NCBI GenBank assembly: GCA_012295275.1
Contig: CM022670.1
Span: forward strand, 35,092,001 to 35,156,000
Origin: Chrysomallon squamiferum
Lineage: Eukaryota; Animalia; Mollusca
DNA: 64,000 bases
Direction: 5' to 3'
The translations under genes were made by a program, and so were the position numbers. Below the pieces are notes generated by a model. It ran no database searches. It was not told the DNA's origin and saw only the letters and a program-made list of their open reading frames with translations. Numbering within the stretch: the stretch's first letter is position 1; each line of letters begins with the position of its first letter. Shown piece by piece: positions 41,433 through 57,176 of this stretch.

Positions 41433-42200
41433 CGCATACAGTCTCGAAACTAATATTTGGACTGAATAAACTACATTCTAAAAACTAGTATTCTGGCTGT
41501 TAGACGCATACAAATCTGGACACAAGTTATCTAGTTGTTCTGGACAAATACTTTCTAGAAATAATTATTCTGATTGTCCTGGATATATGTATTCTAGAAA
41601 TTAGAATTTTGATTGCCCTGGACAAATACTTATCTAGAAATTTAGTTTCCTGGTTGTCCTGTACATATCCAGTTTAAAAACCAATATTCTGATTGTCCTG
41701 GACACATACGTTCTATAAACCAACATTTTTAATGCGCTGTACATATATGATCTAGAAACTAGTATTCTGATTGGCCTGGATACATACGTTCTATGAACCA
41801 ATATTCTTATGGTCCTGTACATATACAATCCAGAAACTAGTATTATGTTTGATTTGGATACATACATTCTATAAACCAGAATTCTTATTGTCCTGTACAT
41901 ATACAATCTTGAAACTAGCTTTTTGATCGTCTTGGATATATACATTCTATAAACCAATATTCTTATTGTTCTGCACACATACATTCTAGAACCTAGTATT
42001 ATGATTGTCTTGGATACAAACATTCTATACATTTTGTTTTCTGATTATCCGGTACACATACAGTTTAAAAACTAGTATTCTGATAGTTCTGGACAGATAC
42101 ATTCTAAAAACCAATACTCTTATTGTTCTGTCCAAATGCAATCCCGAAATTAGTATTGTGATACCCCTGGATGCATACAGTGTAGAAACTAATATTCTAA
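41433..42200. repeat. Degenerate 42-bp minisatellite (~18 units) with alternating 84-bp higher-order structure
   Basis: Recurring tctagaaactagtattctgattgtcctggatacatacat-like units alternate with tctataaaccaatattcttattgtcctgtacatatacaa-like units. Confidence 0.85.
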
Positions 42201-42996
42201 TGCGTTTCAGTTCAAATGAATAGGGATAAATCGTGTTAAACGATACCCTAAAAATGTCAGCGACAGACTGTAACGAAATGATACGTGATTAAAAAAACAA
42301 AACTATGTTTCCATTTCATGGATTAAACTTACGGGCTGACGTCAGTGGATGATTTGTATGTATCTTCCCCATATTCAGGATTTGATAAAGCAAATAACAA
42401 GGAGCCGAGGTGGAGAAAAGGTACAGAAGCGGGCAACCATAAGAAGGGTTGATCTTGTAAACTCATCACACCTTACGTCTGAGATTTTTGCTTCTGAGCT
42501 ACTTCATATCTGTGTTGTGTTAAGGTGTGTGTTCTCACCATGATAATGTTAATCAGGGTTATACGGATAACGTGTAATTCGCAGATGGGCCACTAACAAA
42601 AATTTAAAGTGATTGCTTAATGCAGTTGTGTGAGATATTGATCATGTTCAGGCAATTAAAGTATCGGGTTACATTTTATAGTTATTCTGTACATTGAGAA
42701 GTGAGATATGGCCGTCATGCCAAAGGTTTTTAGGTATACTACGTTCCCATTTAGTAATGATAATAATAATAATATAATAATAATATTATACACACATACA
42801 TTAAAAACGTTAGCATATAAAAATAAGCATACACACAAACATTGACATATACTTACTTATATACACACACACATATATATATGTATATGTATGTATGTAT
42901 GTGTGTGTGTATATATATATATATATATACAAGCATGCATACGTACGTACGTACAGTCTCAAACACATACGAAATTACGTACATATATGTGTGTGT

Positions 42997-43033
<37 letters not shown>

Positions 43034-44350
43034 TACACATACATATACATAAGGAAATCAATGTATTAGAGATAACATCAAAAAGTATTCTAATAGACGT
43101 TTTTATTAGATCCAATAATTTACTCATTTGAAAACTTCTGAAGTGCGTTCATTTTACTGTTTACTATATATACACGTATATAAATACTAGATCAGCACCT
43201 TGATATGACATGTCGTTCTAACATATGGATATCTAACAGTTTTATAAGTCAGTCGATATAATCTGCACGAGGAAACAGAATGTAAAACATGAACCGCGAA
43301 CCTATGTAGGGACGTCTTAGTTAAAACCAAAATGATTCGTGACAATGTTTCTAAAGGCAGGATCACACGAGTTAACCCACTTAAACAACCGAACACCAGG
43401 AAATTGAACGTTAACGTATTTCACTGAACATTTAAACAGTCAAGAAAATTATTTTTTTTTTTTTTCTCTCTCTCTCAAATATTGTTCAATATATTGTTAC
43501 TAATTCTGTTATTTATCGTGAATGTGATCGTAATTTGAATAATAAAATACAGGCGAAGGTAATATGAATAGAATTAGGACGTATCGGAAGCAACAGCTGC
43601 AGTAGTAGTTGTAGTATGTGTTACTGAGGTAACAGCAGTTGCAGTGGCACAGCAGTGGGAATAATTGTGATTGTCGCTGCTTTTGTTAGAGTGAGAGAAG
43701 GACAGACAGAGACAAAGAAAGAAAAAGTTAAACATATAATAACGTCTCTCTCTCACCGTTTTGTGCGTGTCTGTCTGTGTGTGTGTGTGTGTGTGAGTGC
43801 ACGCGCGTAGAACATATAAATTATATAAATGTGTATATCTCTTTCTCTCCTTGAGAGAGAAAGAAAGAGAGAAAGTGATAGACAGACAGATAGTCAGACA
43901 GAAACAGAGAGATAAATATATTAGCGCTTTTGAATACAAAAAAAAAAAAAAAAAATTAACAAATAAACATCGATATATCCAATAATTAAAATCACGTGTT
44001 ATATTATAAAAGTAATTAAAATACTATTATTAAAATACTTATACTTCCGCTTACCTTATTGATTGTTTCTTTCTTTTTCTTTTTTTTTTTTTTTTTTTTT
44101 TTGTTCACTTTCTTTTTTGTACGTGTTATCAGATAATTCCCCAGACCATGTGAAGTTTATCAGATGAATGCTAAATCCATGCGTCAGCTCAGCCCACTGT
44201 TAGTTCTGCAGTCCGAGTTCAATATGTCCGAAACAACCTGAGTGTGTATGGACATGTGTTACTGCCTGAATAATTGTATACAGCTCAATTAATATTGATC
44301 ATTGTCTAGTCACGTGGCACTACATAACGGTTAATGGACGTTATACATAA

Positions 44351-44384
<34 letters not shown>

Positions 44385-44862
44385 TATAATTTCAAATTGT
44401 ATCCGTCTTCGGTGTTGTTATCGTGCCGGCCACGTCGAGGCTGTTGTAGTGGTTCGCTTTATAGGCTGCCGACACAACGTGACGTTTTTTGATGTTCTTG
44501 TGGTGATACTGACTTAAGCTTAAATGCTATGTGTATAATATGAGTAAATGCCCCACTTTGTTAATACCCCTGATGAAGTACGGCAGTTATGTAACATATA
44601 TTACTTAGAAATGTGTAACGACAACAATAACAATAATAATGCTGCTGATGATTATTTTGATGATGATGACAATGATAATGACAGTAATAATAATGCTATG
44701 AAACCTTAAAATCGAACACTCACTGAACTGAGAGATTCTCAAAATCAAACTTTTTATACTGTTCGGTTTCACTGTAACAAAATAAATAAATAAAAATAAA
44801 TAAATAAAAACAATATCTAATAAGAACACCTGAAGAAGCATTTTGATTTTGATTTCCGTTAT

Positions 44863-44979
<117 letters not shown>

Positions 44980-45653
44980 ACACACACACACACAAAAATC
45001 AATTTTGTCACAGATTACACTCTGTTTCACATCAATAAAAATTCACAATTGACTGAAATTGTTTGTGTATTCAACAAATGTCGTTATTAATATTATTTTT
45101 GCTGTTGTTATTGTTTGTGTTACAAATAGTGATGTTTCTTGCTCATCTCGTCATAATTATCATTACTACATTAATACATCTACTACTACCACTACTACCA
45201 CTATTATTATCATCATTATTATTATTATTGTTATTATTGTTATTATTATCTTTATTATTATTCCCGAACTCTTCTCAACCATTTAATTACGTTTTCAAAG
45301 ACTTTTATTTATCTATAATATTTATTACTTTTCGTTCACTGACTGATTTTAGCTCAAGGCCAGCAGTAGCGATCAGCCGTGCCTGCTTCCTTCATTTATT
45401 TATATTAATGGTCTTTTATGTTTTCTTCTCTTTTCTCTGTATTTTTTTTTTCCCAAGCCTTCTATCACGTTCGAGAGATGGTATAAAGCAAGTGCAAAAT
45501 CATTAATCTTTCAGTGAATATATTAAACTGGTCATTCATTATTAGACTACAAATGTATGCATACTGTTACTTTGTGCGTTTGAAAAATTCAATACTAATT
45601 AATTTATAGACAGTATCATCAGTAATGATTCAGCAGCAAAAGTAGTAGTAGTA

Positions 45654-45736
<83 letters not shown>

Positions 45737-45775
45737 AAATGAAATAAATGCATCTCTCTCTCCTCACTTCTCCTG

Positions 45776-45853
<78 letters not shown>

Positions 45854-46006
45854 CTGTGCGTTTGTCTGTTATATATATGAGGGATTAATTATTTTGTTGT
45901 ATAATGAATGAATGTCTAATAATTAAACAACATGTTTTGGTAATTATCGGTAGTAACTGATGATTTATTTGTTATACGCACTCACATGTATACATACACA
46001 TACATG

Positions 46007-46048
<42 letters not shown>

Positions 46049-46629
46049 TATGTTTAAACATACAAAACGAACAAACATGAATCATCAAAATGATAAATTA
46101 TAAATAATGGTCTATTCTGTTACATAAACGGTAGATGAATCAGATTTAAAGATACATAAATTTAAATAGTATTTTCGTTCACAACAAAACGATAAATAAA
46201 GGTATTTGTTAATCAAGCATAAACCTGAGGTTAGTTGGGGAAAAATAAAATTAAAAAAAACCCTCAGTATTATTCTTCTTTTTTTTTTTTTTTTTTTTTG
46301 CACAGGAAGAAAACAAGATAGCAAAATTGATATTGCTCACCTGATAATTCCTGTGACAAATGTTACTTACGTAATAACTTCAAGCAAAATAAACATTTCC
46401 TGTTTTTGTTATTTTTAGTTGTTATAAATAAAAATAAGGTGATAAATAAAATTATAATTTTAAAAACAAATCAGCTAACTCTGAAACAGAGTAAAGGTGG
46501 TTGCTTGTTCTATTGCGACTACTACTGCCAAACACCAACCCCACTACTACTACTACTACGTCTACTACTAATAGTTGTTGCTACTACTACTGCTGCCACT
46601 ACCACTACTACTACTGTCTTTACTAGTAC

Positions 46630-46674
<45 letters not shown>

Positions 46675-47203
46675 ATGATTATTATTATTATTATTTATTA
46701 TTATTATTATTTTTTATTTTATTTTATACAAGTTTGATAAAACGATAATTCTCTCCAGCTGTCGGATATTTGACATACGGAGTAATTTCCCTTTCATTTG
46801 TTTTTTTAATTTTTTTTTTAATCGAAACTACAGGAGTACACACTCTACTAACTTATCTAGCAAACAGCCATAAGTGCTCTTTAAAAAGTAGTGAAATAAC
46901 ATAAAATAAAAGGATGTTCAAATTGCTTTACTTTTTCTATTCTTATCATTAATTTGTTATTGTTGTTGTTGCTGCAGTTGTTATTTATTTGTTTTACTTT
47001 TCTTTCATCCAGTCTAAATTAATAATAAAGTAAAAAAAACAAAAAAAACAACAACATCCAAACCAAATACATTTTAAAAATATGTAAACGCTACAATTAT
47101 TTACATGTCGCGTTATAACATATACTGTAGACCGATTTTCTCTCAAGTTTCTTCTCTTTGCAGAGAAGGATACCATAACCCCATTAATCTACAATGTGAT
47201 GGA

Positions 47204-47235
47204 TGACGTCACGAATGGGGAAGCAAAAATGGCGG
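47204..47235. promoter_or_regulatory. CRE palindrome next to a YY1-like motif
   Basis: TGACGTCA at 47204-47211 and AAAATGGCGG at 47226-47235. Could be a promoter element or a transposon relic. Confidence 0.3.
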
Positions 47236-47709
47236 AATCTAGATCTTTTGTAACAGTATTATTTTATTGTCATACTTTGCGATATAAGATGATCTAAAAC
47301 ATTAAAATAATAATTTTTTAAATATTAAAAAATGTGTTACACCACTTTTGTGGTATTGCGTTAGTACATTTTAACGATGCCATAAAACATTTCAATTTTA
47401 ACTGCCATTTGCTGCCATATGCGTGTTCAACGAGCTGTTTCTATTAATCAGTAGCATGAATGATTCTTAATGCATCTTAGCAAAGGAAAAGCACGTCTTT
47501 CATAAACCAGTCACACTACATTGGTTGAATAAGCCTATCGAACACAGTCAGACAAACTGATCTTGTTACTGTTACATCTTTAATATGTCGTCTGCTACTT
47601 AAATCACTCAAGCTGAACAAAATACTGATAGTGTCGATAATTTCAGTTTACTGTCAATAATTTATATTTACTATAACTCATTGCTTAATTGTGGGGTTTT
47701 GGGTTTTGG

Positions 47710-47742
<33 letters not shown>

Positions 47743-48076
47743 CCGTGAAACTCGGGCAAATCCTGACTCTCCAAACACTAACTGCATTGCTTATCTACAA
47801 TTCGCTGTGCATTAAACAAACGTTTCAGCCTTTAAACAGATTTGTAATTTGAATCAACAACCTACAAACACTGAATTTAGACAGATATGTATGCTTCTAA
47901 AGCAGGTAATTGCACAAATCCACGTTTCCGAATGATAAAGAAAGTATAAGGAAATCTTTTCCCTGATGATTCTGTCATATTCTACCAAGAATTATAGAAG
48001 ATTTAAACCCATCATGGCAATATCAGATACTTCTTTTCTTTAAAAGTCATTTTCAGTTAACATATAGTACTGAGCT

Positions 48077-48115
<39 letters not shown>

Positions 48116-48134
48116 TATATATATCAAGCTCATG

Positions 48135-48168
<34 letters not shown>

Positions 48169-48674
48169 TGTATGTATGTATGTATGTATGTATGTATGTA
48201 TATGTTAAAATGTCAGAATTGTATTCTAACAATCAATATCATTTTTAACAAAATAATAAAACACATATTGAGAAATGCCGAATATATACAGAAATACCCC
48301 CGTAAAATTAAACAGCTGATCACAATTTTCTCTTCATATCGACTTCAACAATAAACAAAAACCTTTATAATGAGTTCGTTTTCTGGCCACGCGCCCGACA
48401 TGCGCAGATGCTTTCAGTTTCAAGCAAATATCCGGGCATTTCGTGAAATGACATGCAAATTAAAATTTGAAAAACTGAGGAACAAATACTCGTTTTCATT
48501 CTTTTTTTTTTTTTAGCTTATTTGACATTTCGTGTGTAAAGTACTTTGGGCTAAGAACACGTTTCCGTTCTTTTTCAGCTTATGAAAAGACATTGATGTC
48601 AAAATATCATCTTGTATGAAAGAAAGTACAATGCATTAACTACAAGAGATTTTTATTTATTTATTTATTTATTA

Positions 48675-48733
<59 letters not shown>

Positions 48734-50492
48734 ATTTATTTTATTTTGTTTCTGGCTTTTTGTCGTTATTTACATTTTAAAAATAATATACAAATAAATT
48801 AAAAATTAGACACTGGAAAGTCTAAAATAATTTTATATGTATTATTACGAACCATATTATTTTTAAAACTATTTATTTATTTATTTATTTATTTATTTAT
48901 TTGGAAGGACAAAATACTGTTAAGTAACTTTAAAAAATAAACAGTTTTATATTAACATGATTGACATGGGACATTTCTTACAGACGTAACAATCTGATAA
49001 GCACTTGCATTACGCCAGTGTTGTATTGATTATAACACGAGTACCAGTCCAGCCAACCTAATGGCGGGAACTGTTCGATTGAAATCTTATCAGATCTTGT
49101 TTTAATATAATAAATGGCAGATTTACCATTTGAATTTAAAATCCTTCCCAACTGTCGTAAACATAAACAAATGTTAAGGGTGCAAAAATCTGCTTCCCCG
49201 AAATTTCAAGTACTTGCGTTTTTAATTTTAGCAATATTTCGAGCATACGCCCATTTAGGTCGATCGGTGATAACATTTCCTGCTTGACGGTTTTTATTTT
49301 TAATTTAATTTTATATTGTGTTTAGAAAAGTACAGGCCCTACAGGCTTGTTAATTATTTAATTATCCCCAAACTTGTTCTTGTTTTCTTTTCAAATTAAT
49401 AACCATCTTGTTGAACTGTTTCAGTGTGATGGCAGGTGGAGTTACGAAGAGAAATACCAAATTAATTTAACTGTATTCGTCTTCTCAGTTTCAGGACATC
49501 GATTATATTTGATTCCGAAGCTTGTAAAATTTCATTAAAGAAAATTGTTTATAGCTTACATTTCTATGATTGCCGCATTCTTGATCTTTTTTTTTAATTA
49601 TTATTATCTTTTATTTTTCTTTTATTTTTTTTCTTTTTCGTTCAACGTCTGGTCTCATGGCGATGTTGTTTACAATAAATAAAAGTTGCGATCCAAATGA
49701 GTAGCGTGTGTCATAAACAAAAACATAAAAAAAAAGAAAAAGAAAAGATTTGTTTTCTGCGCTAAAATATATTGTGATATTGTGAAATATAACTAGATTT
49801 TAACAAACTAATAAAAACATACTCACATTTTTTTATGAAATGGCGTCCTTTCCAGAAATAAAGATGAGTACCAGAACGCAGAATTTGATTACGTCACACA
49901 TTTTTTTCTTTTCTATTTAACATTAATAATTATATTTTTAATTCTTTGTTATTTGATCTCTTCTTTTCAGCTCGTAAACACAAGACAAATATAATTTTAT
50001 TTCTTTACTACAAGTTGTAATATAATAATACGTAGTAGTAGTAATAATAATATTCGTATTCTTACTACTATAGTGGTAACAACAACAACAAAAATAATAA
50101 TGTTGACAATATTGTTTTTAAAATTACAACAAACAAGTGAAATCTGGTTTACAGTTGGAATTTATTAAAACAGAATAATTCAAGCAACTTTCAACCGTGA
50201 ATTATGAATTGAAAAAATTAATTAAAGAAAAACAAACAAACAAACAAGAAAACAAACAAAACAGAAGTATCATGTGACATTTTCTGTGTACAGAGATCAT
50301 GAGACATCATCCATGATAATTTTTCTTTTTAAACAGTGGAGTTAATATTCCATGAGGCATAATGGTATAAAACAAGGTGTGAAAAAACAAATAATAATAC
50401 GTCTATCTTGTAATTACAGTCATGAAATGTTAAAACACTAAGAACAACTTCTCATAACAATAGATTTATCTGTAAGATATAATTTAGGAATC

Positions 50493-50530
<38 letters not shown>

Positions 50531-50661
50531 TTCAAAATAATTCCAGAATTAAAAAGATGAAAGCGGATTCAAACAGCTTCAAAATGTGAAGAAAAGGAAA
50601 ACAGATTAAAAATGTATTTTATAAAGAAGAAGAAGTAGAAAGGAACAGAAATTATAGAGTC

Positions 50662-50692
<31 letters not shown>

Positions 50693-51302
50693 AGGAAAAG
50701 AAAACGAAATGAAATTATCAAAATCAGGAATGTAAAGGGAAATATAAAATACAAATATTTACCAAGACAAAGATAACAAATGTTTGTTTTTAAAAAAATG
50801 TACCTTTAACATTTTAACAGTAATATTTTGTGTGGTTCTAACTATTTAAATAAATAAATAAATAAATAAAAAATGAAAAAATAAAAACCTAAAAAAAAAA
50901 AAAAAATAATAATAATAATAATAATAAATAAATAAATAAATAAAAAAAAAAAAATTTAAAAATTACAATATTGAAATAAAATAAATACATTTAAATATAA
51001 AGAAATATCAAATGAATATAAAACCGATTCCACTCGATGCAGATATAATACATATTTATAGTATCAGTGCAATAAAGAAAATGTTATCAAAGCAAACATA
51101 TGTGGTAGCTTTAAAAGCAAAATGATTAGGCACAATTTTAAATGCAACCGTCGGTATTTGTATCATTAATTTATTCAAATAAATAAATAAATTAATTAAT
51201 TAAATGAAAAGATAAAAATGAGAAATTAGGTCTACTAAATAGTGAATGTTTGTTAAATAATTGGACAAAATTATTTTTGTTGTATCTGTAAAATTTAATT
51301 AT

Positions 51303-51370
<68 letters not shown>

Positions 51371-51806
51371 TATTACATATGTCTGAATTCAAATTTAAAT
51401 CAAGAAAAAATCATTTCAGCTTCCGGTCATGCGCAGTGACCCTCAGAAATGAGATACACTCTGCTTAGTTCACATTTATTTTACGAGTGCTCAGTTCAGA
51501 GAAATAATGCTCAAAATAAAATTTAAAATCAGAAATAATTACAAACAGCATATAAATCGAGTCATCATTATCTTCAGACCGAGGGAAATTAAATCGAAAA
51601 GACCGGTTCTTTATTTTTACGAAATGCAGATTTGGTCAGAAAAATTAAGACAGATACTGGAAGCCTGCGATGGAGGTTATTATTAATTCTAGATTTGAAA
51701 ACATTTGTCTGTTTCAAAGAAAATGTCTTAAGTAGTGTTTTTATTTTATTTTTATCGTTGTGTAGATGAAAATCGTGTTTTTTCACAAAAGTTCATAGCA
51801 TTGTAA

Positions 51807-51839
<33 letters not shown>

Positions 51840-52894
51840 TTTTTTGTTTGTTTAAAATCGTTGAACTGTTACAATAAGCAAAAATATTATTTCTACAAAA
51901 TAAGTAAATAAATAAATAAATAAATATTTTTTCAAAACGCATTAGTACGAAATCGTTCGAGTTAACATATTTCGTATTTTTGCATTCAGATAAAACATTC
52001 CTCCTTCAAGATAGATAAATCACATGTTTGTTTGCTGCAGTAAAAACTAATTTACAAATACCTTTGGTTAATTATGCTTACGATCTACTAACATAGTGAA
52101 AAGAAGTGTTGATAAGTTATGTTAATTAACATTTAAAAACGACAAACAAAAAACCTAAATAGCTAAGGAAATATAAACATTTACAATGGAAATTTCCAGT
52201 AAATTAATGATGACTTTAATAAAATTTTGAAATAAATTATTTAGTATGTGCAAATTAAAACCTTTAAAATAAATACGTTTTAACTCACTACGTTAAAATT
52301 TGATGAAAAGGATTTATCATAAATAAGACATAAAACCGCGTAAAATCGATATGATATCACAAACGTTCCCAAATATCGATCGAATGTATTTAGCAGCCAA
52401 TGAATAAAGGTCCTTGAAAAAAAATTATTTTATTTTTTTCAATTAATAAAATATTATATAGTAATTATTCAACTTTGGACAGCAAAAAATAGTGTTAGCA
52501 AAAAGAGATAAAGTAATGATTAAAAATTTAATTTTTAAAAAATCCGTGATAAATAGAATCATCCAAACGATTTGTTCTGATACCTGAATATTTTAGAACA
52601 AGCATTCTTACTTCGTTTTCAATTTCCACTAAATGCCAAATGTTTATATCATTATAGTAGTAGTAGTAGTTGTAGTAGTAGTAATAACAGCAGTAGTAGT
52701 AGTAGTAGACTAAAAAATAAATAATAATTTAAAACATTATAATAATCATAATAATAGTAATGACTACAGCCAGTAAAATTATATTACAAATATTTGCATA
52801 GCACATAATAAGTGGATCGCATAGAGTAATGAATGTTATTCAAACTCAGACTGAAAGACTTCAGTGCATATTATATTATTATAATATTCAAAAA

Positions 52895-52928
<34 letters not shown>

Positions 52929-53818
52929 TTAAAAAGTTATTTTTCGACCAATAGGAAACGTAAAATTTAAGAGAGTCGAGAAAATGACACTCGTCCTATT
53001 TGTCAAAACACTAATCTAGAAGAAATAAAATTAGTTTAAAAAAAAAAAAAAAAATTAGAAAAAAATGACGGTAGGAGTATTAAAATCCTAACGATCATTA
53101 CAAAGACTGTTTTCCAGGGATACTGTTTTCTTGACAGAGCTGTCAGTTAGTGATCTGTCGACACGTAAAGGTTTTGACTCCTGGCTGCCGAATTGATACT
53201 GCTGTGTAATCACAATATCAGAATCAACTGATGGTCGGTCGGTCGTGTGTGGTTTCTGGGGCCACCTGGGCGGGGTGACCACTCCCACTTAGTGACCGTT
53301 AGTCTTTGATTATAACATTTTGTGTCCATGAATAGAAGAATCTTGCAAAAAAAAAAAAAAAATGATTATCAGTTTCCTTCTTCTTCCTGTCCGAGAAAAG
53401 GTACCGAATACATGAATATCACATTTGTTGCCATTTTCAATGTTAGAAGATGCACATTAATACCTTTTTTCAACAAAAAAAAAACGTTTATTGTACATGT
53501 GGTAGAGTAATATGTTCCTGAACAGCAACTAAACACAAACATTTCATAAAAAAAACCCTACCCTAGTCGCACATGAAACATATTCATTTAACAGACAGTT
53601 TACTGATTTTAGATTCCTGAATACTTATTTTCAATATCTCGTCTATTCGTCTATTCGTCTATTCGTAATACTAAATCACAGAATCACGATTCAGCTTATT
53701 CGAATCCAAAAAAAACAACAACAACTGAGGTCTTTGAGCATAAATTGTAGTAATGTAACAGCATTTCTAAGTATAGGGCCGATGTGTGAATTGCCCAAAA
53801 CAATCGTTTCTCTGACTG

Positions 53819-53959
<141 letters not shown>

Positions 53960-55185
53960 ATTATTACTACTTTTTACTTTTCAAAATTAACAAACGAATG
54001 TTCCCCCCCAAAAAAAACAAGTCACGAATTTCAACACTCTCTGGATTCGAACCTTCCATCTCTCAGGCTCTATCAGGAACATTTAAAACGTTTCAAGAGG
54101 CAACTGTGATAAAAGTATCCTTTCATGCTGGCCACAGACAACTCTGGAATTACTTTCTATATATCACTTCCTAAAACTGTATGAGTACACATGTATCAGT
54201 GAAAAAAAACAAAACATGCAGCTATAATCAAGCAGTATTTCATTGTCATAACAAAGTACTGTCTTAAGTATTATATACTAGGTGTTATAAGTAAATGATT
54301 GAACAAGTAATTGATTAAACAAGGCCTCAAGTGATATTTTGCTCGGGTAGATAACTATTCTGTACCATCTAAATTATTTATTTTATTTTATTTTATTTTA
54401 TTTTATTTATTTATTTATTTATTTTTTTATTTTACCTATATTCTTGTGAATGAGTTATAATTCACTGATATATCATCAAAACGTCTATAACATACATATA
54501 AAAACGCTGCGAAGAAACAATCCTTTGCGACAAATCATAAGTCAATACAAAAGAGTTGTTTCCCTTGATCTTACTAAGTACATAATACGTTTTATGTTCA
54601 CGCGTTTGGTGGTGGGTATATAGATTAACAAATGTCTGTACTTATCTCTAATAGTGTACTTGTCTGTTTTCTTGGGAGTTTGGGCAGTTTATTATATGTA
54701 ATATGGCAACTTGTCTATATCTTTTATTGGATGTTCATCAATCTATAGTCATCCATTTTGAATTTTTTAAAATTTAACACGTACAAATACATGAGTCAGA
54801 ATTGATCGATATTATAAGCTACAAACCTCTAAATATCTGCTGATAATTATTATTTTTTACTTTTTATACATCAATTGGATCTTCGCTGATATTTGTTTTA
54901 ATTTAGGATAAACGATATTATTTAGATGAATAATCGGATATCTGAAGCATGGAAATAATTATAGATTATTTATAATTTTGTACATATAATTTCGATTTTT
55001 AAAGGCCATTGCTTTCGCCTTCATGAAAGCATTTTATAGTTCAGATCTGATGTCACAGAAGATAATATGAAAAATTTATTTATTTATTTATTTGATGCTT
55101 TTGTAATTTTATAAATATGCATTAATATTATATCTCTCCGATTTTCATTTTTTTAATATTATTATTTGTATTATTTATTTGTTTG

Positions 55186-55253
<68 letters not shown>

Positions 55254-56007
55254 AGTTATAAATGTTTGATCCACTCATCGATTACTGCTAGAAAATATAC
55301 TCATTATTGTTTTCTCGTAACTAAGTATACAGTTATACTGGAAATTGTGTCATTAAATCAAAATTGTGACGATTTCAAATAGAATCTAACAAAATAAATG
55401 ATAGATTGCATAATATACAAAATTTAAAAAGTAATTAAAACAAAACAAAATAACTGATTAAATAAATAAATAAATAAATAAAGGAACTATCATAAAAATA
55501 CTAAGGGTGGTGGGAGATGGGAAAAAGTGATTTATACTTTGATTTTGAATTGAATAATTTTAGTTTTTTTAGGTTATTTTGGTTTTTTTACTATAGTTTT
55601 TTCATTACATTATTCTGATTGCTATTTTAAGAACTGATTGGATTCTGAAAGGAACCATTTCTTAGGGTGCATTTTTTCTTATTTGACCCTCATTTGTCTC
55701 AATATTGTTGAAAAGACACACAGAATGTGGAGAAATCCATGTTCGACAACGGTGGAATTTTGTTTCCGCGGAAGAATCCAACACAGTAGTTGGTTCCGCA
55801 TCCTCTCATCTGCTCATGCGCCAAGCCGCGCATGTATTTTGGTAGGTACATTCTTTTAATACTAGTCAATGATTTTCCTGTATTTGACTCGGTCTACCGC
55901 AAAAGGCAGTGAATGAAAACGTAGAACAAAATTACCCTGACCTTGGTCGTGAAACGTCTACGTATATATAAATATATATAAATATATATATATACAGTAG
56001 GCAAATC

Positions 56008-57108
56008 TCACAAAATTGTTTCCACCTGATATGTTACGCCGTCGTCCGACTGGCTTTTCACTGGTTTGTTTCTCCTCACGGAAAAATCGGAACGCGATTT
56101 CTTCAACATGATGTCGTCCATCGGATTGACGTCGGAAAACTTGGCAAGAGGAACGCACACCGTGGAGTCCCTCTCCTCGACGTCGTGCGGCCTCAGTTTG
56201 CCGTTCATGTACGGGCCGACGATGGCGGACTCCGCGGACGACTTGCGAACGGCCGGCGCGTCCGAATTGACCCCGCCCAGCGAGGTCGAGTTCTCGTGCA
56301 GGACGAAAGAGGCGGCGGAGACTTTCATCTTGCAGCCGTTGCTCCTCGAACGAACGTGTCTGTAAAACAGCGTGAAGTTGTTTGATATGACGGGAATCGT
56401 TAGAGCTACAAGTAAGACGCCGCTCACAGAACATGCCGTGCCGACGATGTACCCTATGGGCGTCTTCGGGTACACGTCGCCGTAGCCGACGGTCGTCATG
56501 GTGATGATGGCCCACCAGAAGCCCACTGGAATGGTATTGAAAGTGTCGCTAGGGTTGACAGCGTCTTTTCGCTCTGCATAGTAAATCATGGTGGCAAACA
56601 CGAGCATGCCTATCAAGAGGAAAATAAACAACATCATCAGCTCCTGCAGACTCGCCTTCAGCGCGTACACGAGAACTTTTAATGCCTGATAGTGTTTGAC
56701 CAAGTGGAAGATCCGGAACATTCTGATGATCCGGAGAATGAACATGATTTCAATGACCAGTCGCTCGTTCAGATAACACGCCTGCAGCGAGGAGTGCTGG
56801 AAAATCACTTGAACGTACAGCGGCACCAGAGCCAGCAGGTCTATGATGTTCATGGCCGAACGAACGAACCGCCATTTGTTTGGAGAGAACGCGAACCTGA
56901 ATATAAGTTCCAGTGTGAAAAACACCGTGCATATGACGTCCAGAACGTTGAGCGCTTCGTGGGATGCCATCACAATGGCGATGTCACCTTTGGAGTCGCC
57001 GTCGCAAGGTCTGGAAACGTTGAGGCGAGGTCGCAGTTCCGGTAGCGTTTCCAGACAAAACCCTGCTATTGACGTCACTACGAAAAGGAAAGAGGCAATG
57101 CCGTAAAT
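56008..57108 (-). CDS. Shaw/Kv3-like voltage-gated K+ channel, terminal coding exon (S1-S6 plus C-tail), copy C; 5' exon(s) not seen
   Basis: Acceptor ttttgtatttcag|ATT TAC GGC at the same homologous position. Motifs GFCLET, RIIRMFRIFHLVKH, TMTTVGYGD, TIPVISNNF; ends VETIL-stop. Confidence 0.94.
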   Translation of the reverse strand: MYGIASFLFVVTSIAGFCLETLPELRPRLNVSRPCDGDSKGDIAIVMASHEALNVLDVICTVFFTLELIFRFAFSPNKWRFVRSAMNIIDLLALVPLYVQVIFQHSSLQACYLNERLVIEIMFILRIIRMFRIFHLVKHYQALKVLVYALKASLQELMMLFIFLLIGMLVFATMIYYAERKDAVNPSDTFNTIPVGFWWAIITMTTVGYGDVYPKTPIGYIVGTACSVSGVLLVALTIPVISNNFTLFYRHVRSRSNGCKMKVSAASFVLHENSTSLGGVNSDAPAVRKSSAESAIVGPYMNGKLRPHDVEERDSTVCVPLAKFSDVNPMDDIMLKKSRSDFSVRRNKPVKSQSDDGVTYQVETIL

Positions 57109-57138
57109 CTGAAATACAAAAATAAATAAATAATTATT

Positions 57139-57176
<38 letters not shown>

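Noticed and set aside
54043-54053. Perfect minus-strand B box GGTTCGAATCC as a tRNA gene
   Set aside because: No acceptor, D or anticodon stems can be formed; likely a SINE remnant.
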